This document shows, one piece after another, positions 36,960 to 46,364 of a stretch of DNA of 64,000 bases (the stretch's first letter is position 1; each line of letters starts with the position of its first letter). The notes beneath the pieces were generated by a model. The model was given only the letters and a program-made list of their open reading frames with translations. It was not told the DNA's origin and did no database searches. This stretch comes from an uncultured Candidatus Binatia bacterium (GTDB lineage: Bacteria > Desulfobacterota > Binatia > Bin18): positions 4,750,909 to 4,814,908 of the forward strand of contig CBDEWE010000003.1 in assembly GCA_965243855.1 (NCBI GenBank), given 5' to 3'. The translations under genes were made by a program, and so were the position numbers.

Positions 36960-38426
36960 ATGTCAACATCAAAGTCTGCTGCAGTCCGAGCCAAGCTGGA
37001 TCACCCGGTTATTGATTCAGATGGTCATATGGTCGAATTTGAACCCGGCTTTCTCGACTATCTCGCGCGAGAGGGCGGTGCTTCTATGGTCAAGCGCTTT
37101 CTCTCACCCGAGCGCAACTCCGGAGGCTGGGGCCGTTTGTTTCGTTGGTATTCCTTGTCGCCTGAAGAGCGTCTGGACCAACGTGCGACGCGCTCGCCGT
37201 GGTGGGCGCTACCGACAAAGAACACCTTGGACCGCGCAACCGCTATGCTGCCCAAGCTGCTGTCCGAACGGATGGACGTCATCGGCCTGGACTTTACTGT
37301 TCTCTACCCAACGCTGGGCTTACTGTTCCCACATATTGAAAACACCGAAATGCGCCGGGCAGCTTGCCGGGCGCTCAATACTTTTCATGCGGAGTATTTC
37401 GGCGAGTATGCCAGCCGGATGACCCCGGCGGCCGCCATTCCCATGCACACGCCACAGGAGGCTATTGAAGAGCTTGAGTTTGTAGTCCACGAGCTCGGTC
37501 TCAAGGCCGTGATGATGGCCGGGCATGTGCAGCGTCCCATTCCGGTTGTCGAGCGTGCAGCCCCGGAAGTCGCCGAACACGCGTTTTGGCTGGATACGTT
37601 CTGTTTGGACAGTGCGTATGACTATGATCCGGTCTGGGCTCGCTGTGTCGAGCTGAAGCTCGCGCCGACCTTTCACTCGCCGGCCATGGGCTGGGGCAGC
37701 CGGACCTCCATCTCGAACTATATGTATAACCACATCGGACATTTTGCCGCCTCGGGCGAGGCGCTGTGTAAAGCCATGTTCATGAGTGGCGTCACGCGTC
37801 GATTTCCGACGCTCAAGTTCGGCTTCCTGGAAAGTGGGGTTGGCTGGGCGTGCAACCTCTACGCCGATATGATCGGCCACTGGGAGAAGCGCAACGGCAC
37901 CAAGATGGTCAACTACGATCCGGCTAATCTGAACTCTGAGCAGTTACTCGATCTGTATCAACGTTACGGCGGCAAATGGGCCGAGGAATATCCCGGCCGT
38001 CTGATCGATGAAAGAAACTTGATGGGCGGCACCCGCGAAGACCCGAACACGCTGGACGACTGGGCGCGCTGCGGGATTGAAAAAGCCGAAGACATTAAAG
38101 ATTTGTTTGTCCCGAATTTCTATTTCGGCTGTGAAGCCGACGATCCCATGAATGCTATCGCGTTTAATGCCAGGCTGAATCCGTTCAGTGCTCGCCTCAA
38201 GGCCATTTTTAGTTCGGATATCGGCCACTGGGACGTGCCCGACATGGAAGAAGTTCTGGAAGAGGCCCACGAACTGGTCGAGCACGACGTGATCACCCCA
38301 GATGATTTTCGGGATTTTGTCTTCACCAATCCGACCACGCTATGGACGGGGACCAATCCCGACTTTTTCAAAGGAACAGTGGTGGAGGGGGCCGTGGACA
38401 AGCTGCTGGCTCAAGAGGCTGCGTAA
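36960..38426 (+). CDS. amidohydrolase-2 (PF04909, ACMSD-like) family metal-dependent hydrolase
   Basis: Starts MSTSKS (M72 of the track ORF, which is a TTG-initiated 5' overextension through the GC-rich leader). VIDSDGHMVEF and a TIM-barrel hydrolase pattern. Confidence 0.75.
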   Translation: MSTSKSAAVRAKLDHPVIDSDGHMVEFEPGFLDYLAREGGASMVKRFLSPERNSGGWGRLFRWYSLSPEERLDQRATRSPWWALPTKNTLDRATAMLPKLLSERMDVIGLDFTVLYPTLGLLFPHIENTEMRRAACRALNTFHAEYFGEYASRMTPAAAIPMHTPQEAIEELEFVVHELGLKAVMMAGHVQRPIPVVERAAPEVAEHAFWLDTFCLDSAYDYDPVWARCVELKLAPTFHSPAMGWGSRTSISNYMYNHIGHFAASGEALCKAMFMSGVTRRFPTLKFGFLESGVGWACNLYADMIGHWEKRNGTKMVNYDPANLNSEQLLDLYQRYGGKWAEEYPGRLIDERNLMGGTREDPNTLDDWARCGIEKAEDIKDLFVPNFYFGCEADDPMNAIAFNARLNPFSARLKAIFSSDIGHWDVPDMEEVLEEAHELVEHDVITPDDFRDFVFTNPTTLWTGTNPDFFKGTVVEGAVDKLLAQEAA

Positions 38427-38450
38427 CTGCGTGGGATAAAGAGGAGAAGC

Positions 38451-40139
38451 ATGGCCTGCGATCTGGTGATCAAAAACGGAACCGTTGTGGATGGCACGGG
38501 TGCGGCCCGCTATCAGGCCGATGTTGGGATAGCGCAGGGCCGGATCGCTGAAATTGCGCCAACCGGAACGCTCAATGGGCGTGCCTCCCGCGTTATTGAT
38601 GCGTCCGACCTGATCGTCGCTCCTGGCTTTATTGACCCTCACACCCACTACGACGCTCAGGTCTGCTGGGACCCGCTGATCTCCTGTTCTTCGTGGAACG
38701 GGGTGACGAGTGTGGTAATGGGAAACTGCGGGGTGGGGCTCGCGCCGTGTCTGCCTGAGAAGCGTGAGGTACTGGCCTGGGATCTGGTCAATGTGGAGGG
38801 GATGTCCTTTGAGGTCTTGTCAAAGGGCGTGACCTGGGAATGGGAGAGCATGGCGGATTTCATGGCTGCTCCGTTCCAGACGGGGATGGGAATCAATCTC
38901 GGGTTTCTGGTTCCACTATCGCCGATTCGATCCTACGTTATCGGAGAAGCCGCCCAGGAGCGCGCCGCAACGCCTGAAGAGACCCAGCGTATTGCAACCC
39001 TCCTGCGAGAGGGTGTACAGGCCGGGGCGCTCGGCTTTTCTACCACCGTGGCCACGCAACACGTAGGCTTTAAGGGGCGTCCCCTGGCGTGTCGCCTCGC
39101 CAGTCGGGACGAGCTACGGGCGTATGCAAATGTGCTACGCGACCTCGGGCAGGGCGCGATCGAGGTGAACCTGGGGGGTGCCGGATCATCCATCCTGCCC
39201 TCAGGCAGTCCCGAGTTGATTGATTTCCTGCTGGTCGAAAGCCAGCGTCCGGTCACTTGGCTGTCGGTGCAAACGCGGAACGACCAGCCAACCGCGCACC
39301 GCGAACTGCTGACCAATACCGATGGACTGATTCAACGCGGAGGGATTCCCCAGGCGAGCTGCCAGCCTACAGAGCTCCAGTTCAATCTGCGCAACCCCTT
39401 TATCCTGGGCGCATATGACGTCTGTCACTCCTTGTTTAACTGTACTGCTGAGGAACAGGCGCGGATCTATGCCGACCCGGCATTCCGGGCGGAGTTCCGG
39501 GAGGCGTGTACGACAACGCCCAAAGCCTTCAGCGGCCAGTGGCAGCAGACGCAGGTGTGCAAGGTCGGTAAACCAACGCATCAGGCGTGGCTGGGGAAGA
39601 GCATTGCGGAGTTGAGTCAGCAGGCCGGCACCGATCCCTTTGACACCTTTTTCGATTTGGCCCTGGCCGACGATTTGGCGACCGAGTTCTCCCTGGCCAT
39701 GCTGAATTTCGATCTCGACTTGGTTGAGGAAGTCATTACGGACCCGCGCGTGTTGATCGGCTTGTCGGACGGCGGGGCGCATGTCGATATGCTGTGTAAT
39801 GCCGGCTATCCGACCTATCTGCTGGGGACCTGGGTGCGGAGGCGTCAGGCCATGAGTCTGGAACGAGCGGTGCAGCGCATCACCTCCGAACCGGCCCGGC
39901 TTTTTGGGGTGTGGGATCGGGGCGTGATTGCAGCCGGTAAGGCGGCGGACTTTGTGGTTTTCGATTCCGATACGGTTGATGCCGGGGAAAAAGTGATGCT
40001 GAACGATCTGCCGGGTGGGGAGCGACGCTTTGTACAACGCGCCGAAGGCATACACTACGTCGTGGTGAACGGAGAGGTTGTGCTCACTCAGGGCGAGCAC
40101 TCCGGCGCACTGCCGGGGCAGATGCTGCGTGCGGGGTGA
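38451..40139 (+). CDS. N-acyl-D-amino-acid deacylase (D-aminoacylase) family amidohydrolase
   Basis: 562 aa. VIKNGTVVDGTG...VAPGFIDPHTHYD is the D-aminoacylase N-terminal signature. Confidence 0.8.
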   Translation: MACDLVIKNGTVVDGTGAARYQADVGIAQGRIAEIAPTGTLNGRASRVIDASDLIVAPGFIDPHTHYDAQVCWDPLISCSSWNGVTSVVMGNCGVGLAPCLPEKREVLAWDLVNVEGMSFEVLSKGVTWEWESMADFMAAPFQTGMGINLGFLVPLSPIRSYVIGEAAQERAATPEETQRIATLLREGVQAGALGFSTTVATQHVGFKGRPLACRLASRDELRAYANVLRDLGQGAIEVNLGGAGSSILPSGSPELIDFLLVESQRPVTWLSVQTRNDQPTAHRELLTNTDGLIQRGGIPQASCQPTELQFNLRNPFILGAYDVCHSLFNCTAEEQARIYADPAFRAEFREACTTTPKAFSGQWQQTQVCKVGKPTHQAWLGKSIAELSQQAGTDPFDTFFDLALADDLATEFSLAMLNFDLDLVEEVITDPRVLIGLSDGGAHVDMLCNAGYPTYLLGTWVRRRQAMSLERAVQRITSEPARLFGVWDRGVIAAGKAADFVVFDSDTVDAGEKVMLNDLPGGERRFVQRAEGIHYVVVNGEVVLTQGEHSGALPGQMLRAG

Positions 40140-40196
40140 GATCCGAGCCGGAGCGTTGCCCGACGATCAATCGTCAGTGCGCGGCGAGGAGGGCGC

Positions 40197-41261
40197 ATGA
40201 AATTCGCTATTCTCTATAACACCGACTATTACCCCGACATCCACGGCTCGGCCGAGCAGTATTACAACCAGATTCTGGAACAGGTCGAACTGGAGGAAGA
40301 ACTCGGCTTTGACGCGGTCTGGTTTGGCGAGCACCACTACTCGGGCTATTCGTTCGGGTCGCCGCCCGTCATGGCCATGGCGGCCGCTGGCCGGACCAAA
40401 CGCATTCGGCTCGGGACCGGCATCTCCCTGGTGCCACTTAATAATCCTATCCGGCTGGCCGAAGAGTACGCCATGGTCGATGTGCTCTCCGGCGGACGCC
40501 TGGAGTACGGCATCGGTCGGGGTTTTCTGAAATACTCGCATAAAATTTTTGGCGTGGACGAAGCGGAGAATACCGAGCGTTATCACGAGGGGACGGATAT
40601 CATCTGTAAAGCCTGGACGAGCGCACGGCCCTTCTCGTATCGCGGCAAATTCTGGGAACTCGAAGATTACACGTTTTTCCCCAGCCCGCTGCAAAAGCCT
40701 CATCCGCCTATTTACGCTTCCGGAGCGATTACGCCCGAGAGTTACCAGTGGGCCGGTCAGCGGGGCTTTCATTTGGCGACTGCCTTTTTCCTACCCAACC
40801 AGGAGCACGTCCAGGAGTGTATCGGCCTCTACCGTCAAGCGCTCCGGGAAAACGACCATGAGCCGGCCACCCGTGATGTCGCTGGCGTGTATCAGATGTA
40901 TTGTGGTGAATCGAACGAAGAAGCCCGGCGCAACGGCGGTCAGCACGCGCTGACGTATTACGCCTTCTTTGGGGCCTTGGCCCAGCGTGGCGCCTTAACC
41001 TCTCAGTCGTTCGCCTACCACAAAGGAACGATTTCGCATCTCTTTGCCGGGCTGACCTTCGAGGACCTGGACAAGCGCAACTTGGTCCTGGTTGGCGACC
41101 CGGATAATCTGGTCGAACGTATCCGCTGGGCCAAAGAGTTCTACGGTACGAACTATCTGATTCTTGAAATCGCCCAAGGCGGCATGAAGCACGAACATGT
41201 CATGCCCTCGCTCGAACGCTTTGCCAAATATGTCATACCCGTATTTCGGGATGAGGAATGA
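40197..41261 (+). CDS. LLM-class flavin/F420-dependent oxidoreductase
   Basis: 354 aa. LGFDAVWFGEHHY, GRLEYGIGRG. Confidence 0.8.
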   Translation: MKFAILYNTDYYPDIHGSAEQYYNQILEQVELEEELGFDAVWFGEHHYSGYSFGSPPVMAMAAAGRTKRIRLGTGISLVPLNNPIRLAEEYAMVDVLSGGRLEYGIGRGFLKYSHKIFGVDEAENTERYHEGTDIICKAWTSARPFSYRGKFWELEDYTFFPSPLQKPHPPIYASGAITPESYQWAGQRGFHLATAFFLPNQEHVQECIGLYRQALRENDHEPATRDVAGVYQMYCGESNEEARRNGGQHALTYYAFFGALAQRGALTSQSFAYHKGTISHLFAGLTFEDLDKRNLVLVGDPDNLVERIRWAKEFYGTNYLILEIAQGGMKHEHVMPSLERFAKYVIPVFRDEE

Positions 41262-41281
41262 GGTATCTCCTCCTCAAAGGG

Positions 41282-41345
41282 GTGGCGCGTGAGCGCCGGG
41301 GTGGGCTCTCTCCCCCACCGGTCTCTTGCTATATGCCCCTAAAAT
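41282..41345. repeat. GC-rich palindromic intergenic element (GGGGTGGG...CCCACC family)
   Basis: ggcgc-gtga-gcgcc, ggtggg-ctctctcc-cccacc, ccgcc-...-ggcgg. Shares the GGGGTGGG/CCCACC core with the element at 36795-36870. Confidence 0.4.
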
Positions 41346-41430
41346 ATGAAAGAGTCGGTGCATCCGCCTGCCAGCGGTACGGGCGGGGCAATCTCAAACC
41401 GTAAGAACGAGGAAAAAGGGAGGACTGCAT

Positions 41431-42726
41431 ATGCATATTATGTCTTTCTCGGAACGTGAATACGTCGATGTCTCCGAGGATGCAATCATCGAAAACGGGA
41501 GTAGCTATTTTGGCCTTCCCAATACGATGTTTGATGCCGATCGGGGCGGCCAGCTCATGAATGAGTATCTGGACGAGCGGGTCTACGCCGAAGAGCTGGG
41601 CTTTGATGGCGTCATGCTCAACGAGCACCACCAGACCCCGTTTTGTGGTGGTGGGGTCATGGATGTGGAAGCCTCCATTCTAGCTCGGATTACCAAGCGG
41701 GTGAAAATTGTCCTGCTCGGCAACCCCCTCCCGGTGGGCGATCCGCTACGACTGGCGGAAGAGTTGGCCACGATTGATATGATTTCCGGTGGACGTCTGG
41801 TACCGGGTTGGGTGCGTGGCGCGGGCACGGAACAACTCGCCAATAACATCAACCCGGCCTATAATCGGGAGCGCTTTAACGAAGCCCACGACTTTATTCA
41901 ACAGGCGTGGACCAAACCGGGACCGTGGCGCTACGAGGGCAAACACTTCCATTACCGGAACGTCAATCCCTGGCAGTTGCCGGTTCAGAAGCCGGTGCCG
42001 CAACAATGGATTCCGGGGCTGATCAGCCCGGAAACGGTCGTCTGGAGCGCCAAACACCGCTATCCCTATGTGGCGCTGGGGACCAATGTCGAATCGACGG
42101 TCGAGATGGTGAATCTGTACGCCGATGTCGCCGAGCAGGAAGGCTATCAGGCCGGACCGGAGAACTTCGGCTATTTGCAGAACGTGTGTGTGGCCGAGAC
42201 GGAGGAGAAGGCGCACGAGTTGGCCCGGGGCTTTGTCTTTGGCGGTGGATTCGGTTCGTTTGCCCGCGCCGAGTGGATGTTCCCTCCGGGATACAACTCC
42301 AAGGCAGCGACCAAGCGTCTGGCGCAAGCCCTGACGGACCCGCGCACCGGCGCCGAAATCATCAAGCATACCCAGGGTGAGATTGACGTTGAAGAAATCA
42401 AGCGGAGTATTGAGTCGGGTTTTCAGGCTTCGCTTGACAGCGATCTGATTATGGCCGGTACGCCGGAAACGGTCATGAAAAAGCTGCGCAAAATGTGCGA
42501 AACCCTCCGACCCGGCATCATGGGTCTGTGGTATCACCACGGTCCGATGAGCTTTGAGCAGCGCAAGACCTGCCTGCGTCTGCTCGGCCAGGAAGTCCTG
42601 CCGGCCATGCGGGAAATGGCCAAAGAGCTCGATCTGCCTGGGCCGTTTGAGGTGACGCCGGGCTCGCGGCCGCTGCCGGCATCCGGCAAACGCGATCAGA
42701 TCGTGCCCGATATCGCTGCGGCTTAA
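41431..42726 (+). CDS. LLM-class flavin/F420-dependent oxidoreductase
   Basis: 431 aa. LGFDGVMLNEHHQ, GGRLVPGWVRG. Confidence 0.8.
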   Translation: MHIMSFSEREYVDVSEDAIIENGSSYFGLPNTMFDADRGGQLMNEYLDERVYAEELGFDGVMLNEHHQTPFCGGGVMDVEASILARITKRVKIVLLGNPLPVGDPLRLAEELATIDMISGGRLVPGWVRGAGTEQLANNINPAYNRERFNEAHDFIQQAWTKPGPWRYEGKHFHYRNVNPWQLPVQKPVPQQWIPGLISPETVVWSAKHRYPYVALGTNVESTVEMVNLYADVAEQEGYQAGPENFGYLQNVCVAETEEKAHELARGFVFGGGFGSFARAEWMFPPGYNSKAATKRLAQALTDPRTGAEIIKHTQGEIDVEEIKRSIESGFQASLDSDLIMAGTPETVMKKLRKMCETLRPGIMGLWYHHGPMSFEQRKTCLRLLGQEVLPAMREMAKELDLPGPFEVTPGSRPLPASGKRDQIVPDIAAA

Positions 42727-42750
42727 TTGGTTTAGATTCAGCAACAAAAC

Positions 42751-42786
42751 AGGGGCGGCCCTATGGACCGCCCCTTTCTTTTTTCG
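42751..42786. terminator. bidirectional Rho-independent terminator between convergent genes
   Basis: aaaacaGGGGCGGcc-ctatg-gaCCGCCCCtttcttttttcg, with an A-tract upstream and a T-tract downstream. Confidence 0.65.
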
Positions 42787-42809
42787 GGATAGAATTGTCG
42801 GTGCGGCTT

Positions 42810-44069
42810 TTAGTGAAAGCCCATGAGGGTACGATAATAATCCCAATAGCCACGAATGGCGCTCTCGGTTAAGAGATTCTCCTGATTCTCTCTTCCCGTA
42901 CCACCGAAGGCGAGCAGGGAGCATTCGTCCTTTTCCCGGGCTATAGCCTGCTGGACCAATTCGGTGGCATAGCCATCTTCCATGGAGATATAGCCGGCCG
43001 GACCGACCAGATTGGCCTGCTTGATGCGGATGCGGCGGATTTCCTCGTCATCGTCTTCATAGCCAAAGAACGTAAACAACAGTTCAAACTGATCCGGGCC
43101 CTTGGGCAGAATATGTCGGGTCGCCAAAGTGTTTTGAATCTGCTGGACGACCAGGCACGGAAAAATCATCTGGATGTGATTGGTTAATTCCACCTCAAAT
43201 TCTCTGCGTGAGGTGAGCAGCGAGGGGTCGGCGAGGGTGTAGTCCGTCTGGTAACTGCGGATGTTCTTGCCTGTGTAGGCGGCTACCTCTTCTTGCTCCG
43301 TCTTTTTATACGCGCGCAGCATGCTGTGTCGGCCCGATTCATCCATAATCACCCCGCCCCCTTGGGATGAACGATAGATACCAAAAGTGGTGTGAAAAAG
43401 GTGCAGCAGACTGGCGTGATAGGGGTCTTTTACATTCTCCGAGTAGAGTTTCCAGTTGGCATGAACGAACTGACGGGCGTAGCCTAGCACCTGGACCGGT
43501 CGGTTGAAGACCCGGTCGAGCCACGGCCGCATGGCCGGTCCCAGATAGTCGGCCAGCGGTTCAACCTCAGAAGAAAAGGAAGCAAAGATCAGCCCGTTAT
43601 AGGTAGCCACGCGCAGTTTCTGGAGGGAGTGCTGGGCGAGATCAAAGTCAGCCGGGTACCCGCCCTGACGGCGAATACCGGTACGAAACGGGACACCAAT
43701 CAGATCGCCCTGCTGGTTATAACTCCACTGGTGGTAGATACAGGTATGGGTTGCCCGGTTACCCCGAGACTCGCGGCACACCAGTGCCCCACGATGAGCG
43801 CACCGATTCACAAAGGCGTGCAGCTTCCCCGATTTGTCGCACGAGACAACGACGGGCGTATCGCCAACAAAGGTTGAGCGGAAATCTCCGGGGTTGGCAA
43901 CCTCCGCTTCGAGCCCTACATAGCTCCAGGTTGGACCTCTGAAGATGCGTTCCTGTTCCAGGTTGTAGACGGTAGGATCGCAAAAGACCTGATACGGGAC
44001 TGAGGTTATCCCCGCTGTCGTCGGCCATCTCAACGCGACGGGCGCATTGTCCATGGGTGAAAAGCTCAT
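42810..44069 (-). CDS. Rieske non-heme iron oxygenase, alpha subunit (no adjacent beta subunit)
   Basis: Starts MSFSPM (AGGAGG 7 nt upstream). Rieske motif CAHRGALVC...CIYHQW. Mononuclear iron ligands in the catalytic domain. Confidence 0.85.
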   Translation of the reverse strand: MSFSPMDNAPVALRWPTTAGITSVPYQVFCDPTVYNLEQERIFRGPTWSYVGLEAEVANPGDFRSTFVGDTPVVVSCDKSGKLHAFVNRCAHRGALVCRESRGNRATHTCIYHQWSYNQQGDLIGVPFRTGIRRQGGYPADFDLAQHSLQKLRVATYNGLIFASFSSEVEPLADYLGPAMRPWLDRVFNRPVQVLGYARQFVHANWKLYSENVKDPYHASLLHLFHTTFGIYRSSQGGGVIMDESGRHSMLRAYKKTEQEEVAAYTGKNIRSYQTDYTLADPSLLTSRREFEVELTNHIQMIFPCLVVQQIQNTLATRHILPKGPDQFELLFTFFGYEDDDEEIRRIRIKQANLVGPAGYISMEDGYATELVQQAIAREKDECSLLAFGGTGRENQENLLTESAIRGYWDYYRTLMGFH

Positions 44070-44219
44070 CCTGGCACCTCCTTGATAAGCGCTTTTCTTC
44101 TCCCACTTCCTCTCTTTAGTAGACACCGGTTTGTGTCGATTGACAAGCCATATTTGAGGCGCGTATACGAGGAGCAGGGGTGCTGTCCCAAGCAGGCTCT
44201 GAGAGAAAAGGGAGGACCT

Positions 44220-44477
44220 ATGAGTGCGCAAAGCTTGAACATCATGCTGGTTGACCTGTTTCGATCTGAGACGGAGTTGGCCCAGTACCAGAAAGACCCC
44301 GAGGTAATTCTGGCAAACTACGATGTCACGGACGAAGAGCGGGCGCGGCTCAAAGACCCAGACTGGGGGTGGCTCTATACGCACGGGATTCATCCCTACA
44401 TTCTGGTCCAGTTTGCCTTAGCCATGGGGGTAGAGATCCCACAGTATGTGCAACAGGTGAAAGAAGCGGCCGGGTAG
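44220..44477 (+). CDS. LigA-like small subunit of class III extradiol dioxygenase (predicted)
   Basis: 85 aa from MSAQSLNIML. SD GGGAGGA upstream. Immediately precedes a LigB-type catalytic subunit. Confidence 0.5.
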   Translation: MSAQSLNIMLVDLFRSETELAQYQKDPEVILANYDVTDEERARLKDPDWGWLYTHGIHPYILVQFALAMGVEIPQYVQQVKEAAG

Positions 44478-44525
44478 GGGACGGCCAGCTCGAAGACCCG
44501 TCAAACAAGAAAAAAGGAGAACCAA

Positions 44526-45347
44526 ATGGCGAATATCGTTGCAGCCATGTCGTCAGTTCACAGTCCCCTGATGATGAGTGCGCCCCAGATGGCGGATGAG
44601 GCCACCTGGGGAAGGATCAATACGGGCTTCGATACCCTCCGAGACACCTTCACTTCTGCTGGAGCCGATACGATCGTCGTTATCTCAGATGAACATTTTA
44701 ATGCGCTCGACCCGCGCCGCTATCCGTCGTTTGGTGTGGTGACGGCTGAGACGAGCGTCGGTCCGGTCGAAAACTGGCTTGGCGTTCCCTGTAACAGTAT
44801 CTCGGTCAGGTTTGAGCCGGAGCTGGCTGAAGCGGTCCTCGACGAAGGGGTTCGCCAAGGTTTTGATTTGACGCGGATTGGTGAAGTCGGTTTAGACCAT
44901 GGCTTTCTTACCTGTCTGAACTTTCTTACGCCGCAGTGGGACATGTCCTATCTCTGGCTAATTCAGAACTGTGTCCTGCCACCCCTGCCGAGCCTGAAGC
45001 GGTGTTATGATTTCGGGCGGATGGTCGGACAAGCTATCCGGTCGTGGGACAGCTCCCGCCGCGTGGCTCTGCTCGGCACGGGTGGGTTGTCGCATGCGGT
45101 TGGCACGCCGGATATGGGCAAGGTGGATGCGCATTTCGATAGAAAATTTCTCGATCTCCTGTGCCAACAGGACCCGGCCATGCTCGATATTACGGATGCG
45201 GAGATCGATGCGGTCGGCAACGGCACGCACGAGATCCGGAACTGGATTGCGGTGGCCGGGGCAGTCGAAGGTGCAAAGGGCGAAGTCGTCATGTATGAAG
45301 AAGGAACCATGGTCGTAGGCTTCGGCATGATGCAGTTCCAACTGTAA
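44526..45347 (+). CDS. LigB-type (class III) extradiol ring-cleavage dioxygenase, catalytic subunit
   Basis: 273 aa. MANIVAAMSSVHSPLMM... has LigB-family N-terminal His ligands. Confidence 0.8.
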   Translation: MANIVAAMSSVHSPLMMSAPQMADEATWGRINTGFDTLRDTFTSAGADTIVVISDEHFNALDPRRYPSFGVVTAETSVGPVENWLGVPCNSISVRFEPELAEAVLDEGVRQGFDLTRIGEVGLDHGFLTCLNFLTPQWDMSYLWLIQNCVLPPLPSLKRCYDFGRMVGQAIRSWDSSRRVALLGTGGLSHAVGTPDMGKVDAHFDRKFLDLLCQQDPAMLDITDAEIDAVGNGTHEIRNWIAVAGAVEGAKGEVVMYEEGTMVVGFGMMQFQL

Positions 45348-45360
45348 AGTCCATTCCACG

Positions 45361-45412
45361 AAGAGGAAACGTCTCCAGTATCTCGTCGCTATGGAAGGAG
45401 ACGTTTCCTCTT
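45361..45412. repeat. 52-bp palindromic element, copy 1 of a 3-member family (arms AAGAGGAAACGTCTCC / GGAGACGTTTCCTCTT)
   Basis: Perfect 16-bp inverted repeat with a 20-nt spacer. Arms and spacer are homologous to the elements at 54164 and 55467. Confidence 0.6.
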
Positions 45413-45420
45413 TAGCTCGG

Positions 45421-46302
45421 ATGAGTGGAGCCAGACAGCGTGGAACGCTCGCTGTTCTGGGTGTGGGCATCCTCGCCATCTCGACAGCCGCGCCGCTGAT
45501 CAAACTCGTTCCCGACGTCCCGCCGCTCGTGGTGGCCGCCTTTCGGCTCGGTCTCGCCGCGCTGATATTTACCCCGCTGAGCCTCGTCCGGCTCCGAGCC
45601 GCCGCCGGCTCACTATCGCTTCCTGACCTGCGGGTGGTGAGTGTGGCCGGTCTATGTCTGGCACTCCACTTTGCCGCCTGGATTGCCTCGCTCCGCTACA
45701 CCTCTGTCGCGAGTTCCGTGGCACTGGTGACCATGAATCCGCTCCTGCTCGCCATTGCCGGCTATCTCATCTGGAGGGAACGTCTCGTCCGGCGTCAATG
45801 GTTGGGGATAGGCTTGGCATTACTCGGCAGCCTGTGTATAGGCTGGAACGATTTTCAGCAGGTAGGTCCGGCCCGAGAGTCCGCGCTGTACGGCGACGCC
45901 TTAGCCGTATGCGGTGCGGTCATGATCTCTGCCTATCTGCTGTGTGGACGCCTGGCCCGCCCGCGTCTCGGCCTGAGCGTGTATGTCGGGCTGGTCTATG
46001 GGTGTGCGGCTGTTCTCTTACTCGCCGGCTGTTTTGTCCTCCAACTGCCGCTGCTGGGCTATGCCCCACGGGTCTACCTCGTCCTGGTCCTGCTTGCCCT
46101 TATCCCTCAAGTGTTGGGCCATACCATTCTGAACTGGGCGCTGGCCTATATGTCTCCGACACTGGTCGCACTGGCGATTCTTGGCGAGCCGCTTGGAGCC
46201 GCCCTGCTGGCCTGGATATTCCTCAACGAGTCAGTAGGCCTGCTCCAAGGGATAGGGGCGGTGGGCCTGCTGACGGGGATTGTAATGGGACAGCAACGGT
46301 GA
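45421..46302 (+). CDS. DMT-superfamily (EamA) transporter
   Basis: 10 TM helices and two EamA repeats. The ATG at 45391 lies inside the palindromic element, so I prefer the start at M11 (45421). Confidence 0.75.
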   Translation: MSGARQRGTLAVLGVGILAISTAAPLIKLVPDVPPLVVAAFRLGLAALIFTPLSLVRLRAAAGSLSLPDLRVVSVAGLCLALHFAAWIASLRYTSVASSVALVTMNPLLLAIAGYLIWRERLVRRQWLGIGLALLGSLCIGWNDFQQVGPARESALYGDALAVCGAVMISAYLLCGRLARPRLGLSVYVGLVYGCAAVLLLAGCFVLQLPLLGYAPRVYLVLVLLALIPQVLGHTILNWALAYMSPTLVALAILGEPLGAALLAWIFLNESVGLLQGIGAVGLLTGIVMGQQR

Positions 46303-46364
46303 CGGAACGGAGATAACGGGTCAATAGCCCGGCACAGGGCAACCACCAGGGTTGCCCTGGCCTG

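Noticed and set aside
46335-46359. Hairpin cagggcaacc-accag-ggttgccctg between convergent DMT and BI-1 genes, considered as a terminator
   Set aside because: Perfect 10-bp stem but no U-tract on either side, so an intrinsic terminator call is not justified.
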